The notes beneath the pieces were generated by a model. That model was not told the origin of the DNA. It did no database searches and was given only the letters and a program-made list of their open reading frames with translations. Positions 38,700 to 50,600 of a DNA stretch of 64,000 bases are shown one piece after another. The translations under genes were made by a program, and so were the position numbers. How positions within the stretch are numbered: position 1 is the first letter of the stretch; every line of letters begins with the position of its first letter. The stretch comes from Camelus dromedarius (taxonomy: Eukaryota). The stretch lies in assembly GCF_036321535.1 (NCBI RefSeq), contig NC_087437.1, positions 16,184,001 through 16,248,000 on the forward strand. The letters are read 5' to 3'.

Positions 38700-38985
38700 A
38701 GGGAATGGTTTAGGCAAGAATGGTTCTGGAAGGGTCAAAAGAAGCTGAGGATGAAGCCAACCTTCTGCTGATATTGGGGGAAGATGAAGGAAACATGAAA
38801 ACCAAGAGAAATTCCCCCTTTTCCTCTTCTTTTCTCTAGTCTTCCTCTAGTGCCTCCCATTGGCACAACTTAGGAATCCTGCTGAGCTTGGGAGGTAGAG
38901 TTTGCAGTCTCATCCCCAGCATCATAGAGCAAAGTATGAAGGGGTGGTCTTGGACGTGAGATCCAGCAGGTGAATAGCTGATCCT
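38700..38985 (-). mobile_element. ERVL-class LTR fragment (LTR33/LTR41-like)
   Basis: Reverse complement ccacccttcatactttgctctatgatgctggggatgagactgcaaactc...gccaatgggaggcactagaggaagac. Confidence 0.55.
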
Positions 38986-38987
38986 GG

Positions 38988-39540
38988 TGTGGTCTCAGCA
39001 TTGTTTCATTTATTCCTTTGCCACACAGCATCCATCCACTTCTTTCTCTGGGAAAAAAAGCAATACCATTGAATTTTTTGGAACCCACTGTTTTTCTCAT
39101 TCCCAGTCCTTACAAATTAGGTAAAATGATCCACCCCAGTGCCAGAGGTGAGGCTTAGGTGAGTTTAAGCCAATCAGAGCAACACATCACACTGGTCACA
39201 AGGAGGAGGGATTAAAGGCAATATGACAAAATTCAACCAGAGTGAATGAGATGTATGAAGACTTCCCTAAGATTTGGGGGACAGGGACAGAAAGAAGCTT
39301 AAGGCTGATTCTGAAAATTCATAAACTGAAGGTCTTACCAGCATCTTGCAGGAACTTGAGTCTAAGCATAAAGTCAACACGTGAGGGAAGACAGAGCTGA
39401 GACAGAGACAATCCATGTCTTGGTGATATTGTGTGAGCCCCAGTCAAGCTTTGCCTAAAACCCAGCGTTATCTCTGAACATTTCCATGTCATCAACCATA
39501 TACGTCCTTTTGGCTGGGCCAGTGTGCAACATTGCTTTTG
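38988..39540 (+). mobile_element. MLT1K/J-type MaLR LTR
   Basis: ttaagccaatcagagc...aagtcaacacgtgagggaagacagagctgagac...ggtgatattgtgtgagcccc...tttgcctaaaaccc. Confidence 0.7.
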
Positions 39541-40024
39541 GTATCTACCAACACACCCCTCCAGAGAACTACCACTGAACAGTAGGATCTGTTACAAGAT
39601 GGATGTCTATTTCAATGGGAGACCACCCACCATTTACATTACATTTATGGTCAAGGCTGGATGAAAGTCCTGGTCAAAGACCAGGACTTGTGTCAGTTCT
39701 TCACAGAGGGTTAAATTCCAGGCACCCAACCTTACTAACATGGTGCTGATAACCAAATAAATTTACTTAGTAAACCTATTATGGACAAGTGCATTTGATT
39801 TGGGTATAAAACATAAACATATACAAAGAGTGATACAAGATGAACACAAATAGAAATCTGAAAAAAGGAATACAAGAATAGATGCTGACAGGAGCCTGTA
39901 GCTAAGACCCAAGTGAGCTCTGAGTTTCCTGGCAGTAAAGAAGAAATGAGAAAGAAGCTGATTTATGGAGTCCTCATACTCTGCTGAAATGAAGCCTACA
40001 GGTTTGTTTGCAGAAAGAAGAGGG

Positions 40025-40255
40025 TATTAATATTCATTTAGCACCTACTATATAGCAAACACTGCCCATGTATTGTTTCATTCAGTCCTCTCAATAACTC
40101 AGTGGAATGAGTGTTCATTTCCAAGATTTAGGGATAAAAGGGCAGTGGTTCACAGGAATTAAACACCTAACCCATGGTCTTAGCTATGGAAAGTGATGGA
40201 ACCAGATCTTGAGCTCTGATCTGGTACCTGGCTCCAAGCCCATTATCTGTCCACC
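40025..40255 (-). mobile_element. MIR SINE
   Basis: cattcatttagcacctactata...ttcattcagtcctctcaataactc...ctgatctggtacctggctccaagccc. Confidence 0.7.
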
Positions 40256-40954
40256 AATATACTAAAGTTATGTGTAAATCAAGAAAAGTTACCAGACACT
40301 TATATAGTATCCAAGAAGATCCAAAGGTCATCACATGTGTGGTCACAGTTGAGCTTCCCAACAGCCCAGAAAGGTAATTACACGACCCCATATTACATAT
40401 AAGTGAGGCGTGTTGAATGTTTTTCCTGATGCTGAATAGAACAAAGTTCTAAAAGGGAGGCTTCAAAAGAGAGGATTGTTATGGGAGTACATGAAATCAT
40501 GTGTGTGAAACTTTTGCAAATTGTAAAGCACTATAGAATTTAAAGAATCTTTCATTCAATAGAAGAAAGACTTGAGAAAAAATAAAATAAATAAAATAAA
40601 ATAAAACAAAAAGGTGGCACCTCAAATAAAGGTTATTGATTACTTGATGGACAATGTCTTTAACTTCAGTTTGACAAAAAACACAGCATATTTTTCCAGA
40701 TGGATGGTTCTTGTATTCAGGAAATATCATTAAATTTCAGCTCTGCCATGCATGTCTGTGGGGGGACTAAAACAGCACAGGACAAGCATTTTGGTTTCTG
40801 ATGACCTTGCTAGATAAGAGTACAGAGCTTAGGGGATCCAGGAAAATGAGAAACTAGCTTGCTCTTCTCACTGCCCCTTTCAAATTGCCTATGTCTTGAG
40901 CTGGCCTTTGGGAAGGGCTGGGTCTCTGTGTGTCTGTGCTGGATTCTCTAGACT

Positions 40955-41515
40955 GCGACTAGAATGATCTTTCTAAAATGGGAATCTGAGCATGACATTA
41001 TCCTGCTTAAAGACCCTTATTAAAGCTGCATATTGACTTTGGGATAAAGTCCAAGATTCTTAATGTGTTCTTTTATAACTAAGCCCTCACACTCTGGACT
41101 CACGTATTACCTCTCTCTTCTTCCCCAACCTCTCTGCTCTAGTCACACAGAGCTACTTTTAGCCCCCAGTGCACCCTCCCCTCACTCACTGGCATTTCTC
41201 TATACTGCTTCATCCTTCCAGAATGTCCTCTCTGACTACTCCCTCCCTTTGCCCTTTCCCAAGCCTTCCTTGCCTGGCTTCCATCTACGCACATTTCAGG
41301 AGCCAGATCAGGCTGGCTTCCCTGAGAGGCCTTCTCTGACTTCCAGTTCTGGACTGAGTTGACCACAGGACTTGGGCCCATGCCCACCCTGGCACTCCCA
41401 CCCCGAAGCATCATTCCATTTCTGCATTGGATTCACTCATTTCTCCACCAAGTCTCAGGAGAAGCTACTGTGTACCTGGTGCTTGTGGCACAAACCAGCT
41501 GATGAAATGAACGAA
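40955..41515 (+). mobile_element. L2 LINE fragment
   Basis: gactagaatgatctttctaaaatg...cctgcttaaagaccc...gggataaagtccaagattcttaa...ctctgctctagtcacac. Confidence 0.8.
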
Positions 41516-41620
41516 GACTCTTGAGTATGAAGTCTCTTCATTGAAAGCAATTTCCAAAAGTTTCAGTTACTGGATGTTCAGGTGAAAGAGATGACAACTT
41601 GCTGCAGAAGCCTGATTCCT

Positions 41621-42538
41621 TTTTTCTTTTTTTAATTGAAGTATAGTCATTTTACAGTGTCGTGTCAATTTCTGGTATATAGCATAATGTTTCAGTACAT
41701 ACATATATTTGTTTTCATATTTTTTTCGTTATAAGTTACTACAAGATACTGAATTTAGTTGCCTGTGTTATACAGGAAAAATCTTGTTGTTTATCTTCTT
41801 TATATACAGTAGGTGGTATCTACAAATCTCAGACTCCCAATTTATCCCTTCCCACCCCCTTTCCCTCTGGCAATCATAGGTGTGACTTCTATGTCTGGTG
41901 AGTCTGTTATTATTTTGTAAATAAGTTCATTTGTCTTTTTTTTGGATTCCACATATAAGTGATATCATATGGTACTTTCCTTTCTCTTTGTGGCTTACTT
42001 CATTAGAATGGCAATCTCTAGTCCCATCCATGTTGCTTCAAATGACATTATTTTATTCTTTTTTTACTGTTGAGTAGTATTCCATTGTATAAATATGCCA
42101 CAACTTTTTTATCCAGTCATCTGTCGATGGACATATAGGTTGCTTCCATGTCTTGGCTATTGTAAACAGTGCTGCTATGAACATTGGGGTGCATGTATCT
42201 TTTTGAATTAAAGTTCCCTCTGGATATATGCTAGGAGTGGTATTGCTGGATCATATGGTAAGTCTATTTTTAGTTTTTTGAGGAATCTCCATACTGTTTT
42301 CCATATTCATTTGCACCAAACTACATTCCTACCAACAGTGTAGGAAGTTACCCTTTTCTCCACACCGTCTCCAGCATTTATCGTTTGTGGACTTTCCAGC
42401 ATTTATCGTTTGTGGACTTTTCAGTGATGGCCATTCCGACTGGTGTGAGGTGATACTTTACTGCAGTTTTGACTTGCATTTCTCTTCTAATTAGCGATAT
42501 TGAGCATGTTTTCATGTACCTGTTGGACATGTGTATGT
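41621..42538 (-). mobile_element. Young L1 (3' UTR plus ORF2 C-terminus, about 0.9 kb) with TSD
   Basis: ttgaagtatagtcattttacagtgtcg...ttccacatataagtgatatcatatgg...gctggatcatatggtaag...tgagcatgttttcatgtacctg. TSD cagaagcctgattcct (41605-41620) and cagaagcctgacttct (42539-42554). Confidence 0.95.
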
Positions 42539-43009
42539 CAGAAGCCTGACTTCTGAGTTAAATTCTACCCTTGACGTAGGGATGAAGCTGTGGATAAAAA
42601 TTAGAAATATGCTGGAGTGGGTTGGAAATGAGCTGAAGTTCAGGCACAGAAAGACAACATCACCATAGACTAGTCGGACCAGCATCTTCTGAGCCAGAGC
42701 ATCTGACGTCCTTGCTCCCAGGGCCAGGCCTGGGCTGAGTCCAGAGGTGGGGGGAGAAGTAGCCACAGCTGTGGGGATTTACGGAGCATGGAAGCTGGGG
42801 ACAAGCTCTACCAATGTTCAGTTTTATTTCTGACTTGATTTTGCTCCACTGTACCAGGGGAAGTCTTACTAGTCTACCTCCAGCATAGTCTCCAGAACTA
42901 TACACAGAAAGCCTTGGGGAGCACACACATCGCCTGTGCCAGACAGAGCCAACATCAAATATCTCAGTCACCCCAAGTCTTCAACCTCTGGTCCCCCGAA
43001 CGCCAACCG

Positions 43010-43285
43010 GGTCAGGTAGTGCAATTTGGTAGAAAGAGCCCTGAGGTAGCCATCAAAGCTTGATCACCAAAGGCTCGACACCACTCCAATTTCCTCTAGT
43101 TTGGGGGGTCATGTCACCTCGAGACAAATCTCCATCTCCCTAAGCCCTAGATAATCTCATCTGTAAAATGGGGATGAAGATACCCTCTCTGCCCACCTCA
43201 GGGGTTGTCACGGGGATCAAATCAGGGAATGGCTGTGAAAGAGCTTTGAAAACTGTAAAGTGCCATGGAAATGCCAGAGAGTGTG
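43010..43285 (+). mobile_element. MIR SINE
   Basis: tggtagaaagagccctg...ctcatctgtaaaatggggatgaagatacc...cctcaggggttgtcacggggatcaaat...gtgaaagagctttgaaaactgtaaagtgc. Confidence 0.85.
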
Positions 43286-46029
43286 ATTAAGAGACAGCGG
43301 CTGCCCCCACACTTACTTCAAAGGGGAGAAACAGGGTGGAGAAAGCTGACATGCTCTGCTTTTGAAGTGCACAAGAGCAGCTCTCAGCAGAGAAAAAACA
43401 GCATTGCTGCTTAAAAGGCAACTTTCAAAACAACCATTTTCTCTCTGAAGGGAGAATATAGTTGGGAGTACTTCAAAGGCTGGGGAAAATTTCCAGAAAA
43501 AAAAAAAAATGACGCTCTCAGTCCAACTTTTAGTCAAGTCAGTTATTAAAAAAAAAAAGAAAACTTCAGAACTTGTCACTTATTTAAAAAGAATTTTAAT
43601 GCATCGATAAATTAAAAACCGTTAAGAGGGGCGGACAAAGGCACTGTTTCTTCCGTTCCTAAGGATCACACTGCAGAAGGTGGATGTAATGAGTCTGCCC
43701 ATCGTTCACTACTTCCTCCGATTAAACATTCTCTCCAAGGCTTTCCTCTCTGTCCTGATAAATTTCATACCAAGAATAAGTCACCAGGAAGAGGCCCTTA
43801 TTCCCCTCTATTCATCTCTGACACCTAGCTATCAAGCATGGAGAGATTATTTATTCAGTTTTTCTTTCTCCTTCCTTTAAATATGGCAGCCTACAAAAGA
43901 TTAACTTCAAGAAGCCAGAGCAGAATTACAATATCCTATTTACAGGGAAAAAAGATATCTCTACTTCCAAGCAAAAGGAGACGTCTTTTAGAAAAAAAAA
44001 AAAAACTAAATACAAACATCAATAAAGCCCCGGTCTTAATTCCAGCGGGCAGTGAACAGTGATGCAGCAGGAGCGCCTGGCTGTGATGCCCGAGGGGTCA
44101 GTCAACTGGAACTTTGCCAGACTTATATGGAAATGCTATCATGCCATCCTCCCCGCTCCCTGTTGCTTCCTGTTCTCAGGATTGTGCAAAGGAAGCAGCT
44201 CAAGACTGGGGCCCCCGAGGTCCTGAAGAAACAAGCTTTCTCGTCAACTCTGCCCTGGAGGGGCTCTGTGGATGTCACAGCCAGAGGGTTACTGGGAGAC
44301 CTGGCTTATTTTCCCCACAGGTTGGACCCATGTTTACAGAATAGAAGCAAATTAGGTACCTCTTAGACAAGATGCAAAGCTCAATGGGACGGTCACATTT
44401 CCTATTCTTATTATACACAACCAGGCAGGGGGAGGGAGTGAACAGGAGAGGGAACAGAAAGAATTCCCTCTTCCCAAACGGGCAGTCTCCATGGGGGAAG
44501 CTCTTTCTGCCCCCACTCCCCACCAGATTTAGCCTCACAGTTAATTTTTGGAAAGGGCTTTGAGAGCAGAAGTGAAAGCCATCCCAAGGGTCTGAAGTCG
44601 GAGAACGGCAGCCGCCACGAGACGATCAGTCCAGAGGAGTAGTGGAGGGAGGCTCGCGAGCAGGGTGATGTCATAGGAGAGAAGAGGCTGTCTGAGCCCC
44701 AGCTCTTCTGCCACAGTTTTGAGCAACTCCATTTAATTAAAGTGGTGCCTCTCACTGGCATGAGAGCAATGGAAGTGTCAGTTTGCTTGACAGGAGCTCC
44801 TTTGCCTGGAGCACAGACCGGAGCACCGGTGGCTGAGTGCCAGACTTTATCTCCAGCACAGATGGGAAGGCCAGGGGTAATTACCTTGCCCCAGCCAGTT
44901 GCTTTCCTGGGTGAAATTAGTGAAAAGTAGGAGACAGTGACTCCATCGGATTCTTCCTCAACATCATTTCCAGGGAAGGAGTGAAGACAATCAAGCGTGA
45001 CATTCTGATTTGGGCAGGAAGGCAGCCCTGAAACTTTCCACTCTATGGACTGTTTTGTGAGATAGTAACTCGGAGAAGCGGGCATGCTGTGAACTGGCCA
45101 CACTATACTCCACTCCGGTACCTGGCTTCCCAAATGTAACCGGCTGATTGAACTCTGCAGGGCACATACATGAAGTGGATTTCTGCCAATCTCTATCCCC
45201 AGTGGTGCTTTGTCCAATCTCCCCTTCCCCTCTTCCAAGGATATCTTGGACAATTCTGGGCTTTCTGTTCATTTCCAGTCTAGATTGCCACTTTAGATTT
45301 CCCCTCCCTCACTGTAGGCCAAGCTTTGGCCCAGGGGGGATGTGAAGTAGGGAGGAGAGCACACAGTCCACCCCCTATATGTCTTACCTGCCTTGAGAAG
45401 GGAGTGACCTGCCTCGGGCCCATCGGCCAGGGCTCAGCCCCTTACACCCGTCCTGAGAGTATTATCCAGGCAGTGATCCCTTGCTGCCCACCTAGGCAGC
45501 TTGGGAGCGGATTCCTCTTACTCATTCTCTCATGTTCCAAAAGAAATTACTGAGGACCACTTATGTGTCCTCCAGAGACATGGAAAATGAGGACCACTGT
45601 CGTATCGTCTTTTGGGGCCAATCATTCCATCATTCCTCCTTGCAGGCGCCTCTGAAAAACCCTTTCCTCCAACCTGGATGAAAGCTCCTCGCACGTCCAA
45701 CCACCCATTTGGTAGATTAGGAAACTTGGGTTTAAGAAGCACAGGATACCTTGGAGTCATGAAGAAAGTCTACAAGAGAGGGAGTGAGAACGCTTTGCTG
45801 AGTGTGCAATTTGTATGAAGCTGGTGCCGATAGACAGCAGAGGTCACTACGTGCAGCTCTGAGGTTATTGGGGAACCTGGGTCTGTTGCAACAGGATGAC
45901 CAGGACCAGCTCGTGGCTGACACAGAGAGAATGTGACTTTGGGCTTGCATGAACTTTGATGAGGATAAGAAGAAGAAAAATAAGAAAGATTTATTGAGCA
46001 CCATGTATCTGACACTTGCAACAACTTCT

Positions 46030-46480
46030 GTGTAAGTGTAACCTGATAGCATCTTGCTTCTGCTGCACCTTGTCTCATTGTTTTTGAGGGATTCTCGAAT
46101 TTCTCAGTGTGGGACATTTTGAGGACCTGCTGGCACTGCCACATGCAGTCAGAAGTGTGAGGAAGTCAACACACAAGAAGGCCACGTTTGGCCAATGGGC
46201 AGCAATAAATGCTCTCTCTTCCACCCCTCAGGGGGACAATTCCAAGATACACTGCTTTGCAGGGGATTCCAGCAGGATTGAGCCCCAGTTGGCAACACTG
46301 GTGACCAACTTAGGGACATACCCATGTACTAGCCTTCCCTCCCTTGTATTTCACTCTTCCTAGAACCTGTACATGGACTTCCCAATCCCCCACTACTATT
46401 GCCTGCCATTTCTCCCAAAATAAATTCCTTGCCTGCAAAGCTTTGTCTCAGGCTCCAGAGGAGACCCAGGTTCAGTTAAT
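46030..46480 (+). mobile_element. LTR16-family ERVL solo LTR
   Basis: ggccaatgggcagcaataaatgctctctc...ccagcaggattgagccccagttg...ctcccaaaataaattccttgcctgcaaagctttgtctcaggctc...gagacccagg. Confidence 0.75.
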
Positions 46481-48371
46481 GAACCACGTTTAGTGAGCAT
46501 GTTTAGTGCTTGACAGGGATTATTTGCTTTAACACTCAAGTAACCCTATGAAGTTAGTATCATTTTTTATCCACCTTGGATGGATCAGGAAAGTAGGATA
46601 CCAAGAGGGGAAATAACAGAAGCAGAGTGTCTGCCCTGGGTGGTGGGGTAGGGGGATGATGACCTCAGTGAACTCAGGTGAGAATTTTCCCCAGTCTGGA
46701 GTGCTGGACTTGGTTCTGGGCTCTGAGCCCATCACAGGGAGTATTTCCATCGGAACCCTGGGATGATGAGGGAAGCAAAGCCAAGACTTAGAAGGGAGAA
46801 TTGGAAGAAATGAGTGGCTGAGCCCAGAAAACACTCAGAAGGCACATGAGAGCAGCCTTTTCTTTAGGATGAAATGCACTGAGTCAGCTGAGAAGATAGA
46901 ACTATCACAGTACAAGGCAACAAGTTTATGTTCAGTATAAGAAAGGACTTTTTGCCAGACTTTCCCCAGCACAAAATGAGAAACCCTGGCATACAGCAAA
47001 CCTGATATTGTAAATGCGAGAGCTGAGAGTGCATGGCCAGCCATTTCTCCAGAATATCATAAAGAGAATCCTGTGGGGGAATTCTTTCAGATTAGGGTAG
47101 GATCCTAATTTAGGGCTGACAAAGATTTGCCTCTTCACTCACCAATCCAAGACAGCCTTAACCTTGACAGTCCCCTGGGGTTCCTCTGAATCCTTACTGC
47201 TGGTAGAGCCACCAAGAGGTAAGATTTAATTTGTCATTTGTTTAATTTGTTTTCCTGCCTTATTGCATTGTCTGGAACTTCTAGAAAAAAATTCAATAGT
47301 AACATTGGCAGATGTATTTATGTTTTTTCTTATTTAATAGAAATGCCTTTACTATTTCACAACAAAGTATGATATTGGTTCCTGCTATCATATAGGTAGG
47401 CAGGATGCCTTTCTAGGCAGGAAAGACCTTGCTGTTTGCTGAGTCGATAAAGGGCTTATTCTCTCAGGTAAAGTGTAAAGATGAGGACCTACTATGAGAT
47501 CAATCTCTATTCTCTATAGTACTTGGAACAGGGGTGAGTATAAAGAAGATGCCCAGTAAATGCCTGGTATGAAAACAGGGTATACAAATGAGTTGAAAAA
47601 TTTCTTGGCTTCCAAGTGGCCTGATTCCTCAGCTGTAGTAGCCCAGCTCCATTCCAAGTCCTCTGTGATGAGCTTGGAACACCCTCCTGATATTGGGAGT
47701 GACTTACCTTAAAACCCAGTGAGTGTTCTTCTCAAAGAAGAAGCCTGGAGCTGGAAAGAGCAGATGTAGGACTGGGCTCAAGAAATGTGTCAGTGGGCCT
47801 GGTGAGTAGATTGTTCCTGGCCTTTTGGGGGCTGTGAGTGGATGCAAAGCTTCCTGCTCAGAGCTGGTGGTCAAGACTGTGCTCCACCCATAGACACACA
47901 GGCAGAAAGGCTGTCATCACCGAGTTTGCCCTTGGTGTGTGAGTTATGCACGCGCAGAAGGGGGCTGCAAGGGGCCATTACCTCCACTAGTTCCTCAGAG
48001 AAAAGAGGAAATGGGCTGGAAAACAAGCAGTTTAGGGAATTTAAGGAAATGAGTGAATCAAGGCCCAGGCTTCCAATTGCCTCAAAAGCCATCCAAATTC
48101 CTGGAGACCAAGCCCTCGTCAGGCTCTATTTCCCTCCCCTAAGTCCCCTGGTTTCGTGCACAATCAGTGTGAGTGGCCTATGGCCCTGGTTGAATTTTGC
48201 CCCAGTTTCTGGAAGAAGAGGCCCAGATAGTCAGGAGGCTCCAAGGAAGAAGGAATGGATCATAAGGGTATTAGGGCCATGAGCTTCCCCAGCTCCAGCC
48301 TGGCAGCTGTCGGAATGAGGAGGAAAGAGGCTCAGCTATCACAGAACATAGCCTGGAGAGAAGTTGTCTTT

Positions 48372-48537
48372 TTAAAATTTATTTACTTATTTATTTATTA
48401 TTTTGTATGGAAGTGTAGTTGACTTACAATTTAGTTTCAGGTGTACAGCAAAGTGATTCAGTTATACGTATACATACACATATATAGTTTCTTTTCAGAT
48501 TCTTTTCCATTATATGTTATTACAGGAAACTGAATAT
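48372..48537 (-). mobile_element. Short L1 3' end with a perfect 15 bp TSD
   Basis: gaagtgtagttgacttacaatttagtttcaggtgtacagcaaagtgattcagttata...ttttcagattcttttccattata. TSD agagaagttgtcttt at 48357-48371 and 48538-48552. Confidence 0.92.
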
Positions 48538-48659
48538 AGAGAAGTTGTCTTTAGACTAAGAGGATGCCAGGGAAGTCGGCCCTTCCTGTCCTCACTAGGA
48601 CAAGGGGGAAGGAAAGGTACCTGGACTCCATTCAGTTCCCTTCACCTCCACTGCCTCCT

Positions 48660-49110
48660 CCAAGCATGGATGTGACAGCCTCCCCTGGGTCTCCCTGCCT
48701 CCTCACATCACCCAAGCCAATTCCTCTGCACACAGCAGCCAGAAAGAATCTTTCTTCTGCCCCGATGAGTGTTCAGACTAAGCCACCAAAAATCGAGTGT
48801 GGACACTACACCATGGTCTGTGAGACCCGGCATCATGGGCCCCACACCCGTCTCTCTGCCTCGTTTGAGTCTTTATGCCCCTTACTCACCACATCCCACA
48901 CACATTGCCTTTCTTTCAGTGTTTCAGGACAACACTGTTCCTCTTTTCTGCCTCAGTATTTTCCCAGGCTGTTCTCTCTGCCCTAGCCTGTGCTCCCCCA
49001 TCCTTCACATAGTTGCTCTTTCTTATCCTTCAGGGCTCAGTTTGAAGTCACCTCCTGAGAGGACTCCCCTGACCTCTCCAGCTAAAGTCCATCCTGGCCC
49101 CTGTACCTTC
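48660..49110 (+). mobile_element. L2 LINE fragment
   Basis: ttcctctgcacacagcagccagaaagaatcttt...tccttcagggctcagtttgaagtcacctcctgagaggactcccctgacc. Confidence 0.7.
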
Positions 49111-49319
49111 AGATCGGTTCTTATCTTTCCCTTGATGCTTGTCCTCTTGAAGTGGGGGCAGGGGGAGGCTGACCCCTGCAGGCAGTGTTTTCCATCCTCA
49201 ATTGGCTTCTGGCAAAGCTCAGCCAACGGGAGGCACTGACCTGATGTTGAAGGCAGGAGGATGCCTTTCTCTCAGGTAGTATCTCTAGCAGTTTGGATGA
49301 CTTTGGAGGCAATTGAACG

Positions 49320-49775
49320 TCTTTGATGGGTGTTAAGCAGAGGGGGACATCATCAGTTTACTTTTTAGAAAGATCACTTTTGGGGTAGAGGTATAGCTCA
49401 GTGGTAGAGCGCATGCTTAGCATACACAAGGTCTTGGGTTCAATCCGCTGTACCTCCAGTAAAAAAATAAAAATAAATATAAAAAGATCACTATGATGGC
49501 CCTATGGAAGATGTGTTAGATTTGGAGAAGCAATTTAGGGGCAGTCCCAATGAGAAAAGATAATGGCCTGGACTGAGGTGGTTGCAACTCTGACGGAGAG
49601 AAGTGGACAGATTAAAGCTGTCTTTCAAGGAAGAATTACCAGAACTTGGTGATTACTTGGATGTGGTCTTTGTGAGAGAGGTGTGATCAGGAATCACTTC
49701 AAGGTATCTGATTGGAGCAACTGGGAAGATATAGATGCCATTTATTACGATGACAAAAGCTAGGGTGGAACAGAT
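49320..49775 (-). mobile_element. L2 LINE fragment interrupted by a SINE
   Basis: ttaagcagagggggacat...tttagaaagatcact...gatggcctggactgagg...gagagaagtggacagatt...gagcaactgggaagatatagatgccattta. Confidence 0.8.
49382..49482 (+). mobile_element. tRNA-derived SINE (camelid Vic-like) with TSD
   Basis: ggggtagaggtatagctcagtggtagagcgcatgcttagcatacacaaggtcttgggttcaatccgctgtacctcca plus an A tail. TSD aaagatcact at 49369-49378 and 49483-49492. Confidence 0.92.
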
Positions 49776-49949
49776 GCTGTTCTGTTCACAGGGGAAACAT
49801 TCATATACATTCCTTTGATCCATTTTCCCCTGTCCTGTAATATCTTTCATCTATGTAAGTAACCTATTACCTATCACCCATTTATCTATTTATTATTTAT
49901 CTGTCGTCTGTCAGCCATGTCTTGAAGTTTGGATTATAGTGTATATACT

Positions 49950-50600
49950 ATGCTATAATTTCACTTCGATTGTTCGCTGCTACTATATACCTATTCATTT
50001 ACATTCTGTATTAACTTTATATTTTGTACTTTGCCAGTTTCATAAATTAGATTCTGTAGATTTCTTTGGTGTGTGGCTTTCTTACAGTTTTCCACGTGAA
50101 CAAAGATGTTTGTGAATAGTGGTAGTTTTACTTCTTTATTCACATCTTTGTAATTTTATTTCTATATCTTGCCTTATTACAATGGCTACAACCTCCAATA
50201 AAATGTTGAATAGAAGTATGAGAGACTATCCTTGCCTTGAAATCAATCTTAGCTGGAAAGTGTTGAATATTTCATTATCAAGTATGTTGTTTAGCTGTAG
50301 GATATTCTTTTGTAGATTTTTTTAAAAATCAGATTAGGACAATTTTCTTCTAGTCCCAGTTTTCTGAGGATTTTTATCATGAATAATTGTTGAATTTTGT
50401 CAAATATTTTCTACCTATTAAAATAATATTTCCCCTTTATTTTGTAAATGTGGTAAATTACACTATTTTTGAAATGTTAAGCCAACTTGCATTCCTGGGA
50501 TAAATCTCACTTGGCTAAAGTGTATTACTGAGTTTATATAGTGCTGGATTCAATTTGTTAATAGTTTGCTAAGAATTTTTGTGTTTTTTTTAATGTCTAA
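49950..50600 (-). mobile_element. Old L1M ORF2 fragment
   Basis: cttgccttattacaatggctacaacctccaataaaatgttgaatagaag...gccaacttgcattcctgggataaatctcacttgg. Confidence 0.8.

Noticed and set aside
44411..45253. 280-aa ORF, the longest in the window, as a protein-coding gene
   Set aside because: Non-ATG start, no recognisable domain, composition typical of random ORFs, and no supporting gene structure.
49382..49458. tRNA gene (also 9685-9756)
   Set aside because: It has A/B boxes but is followed by an A-rich tail, is flanked by a TSD and sits inside another repeat, so it is a tRNA-derived SINE.
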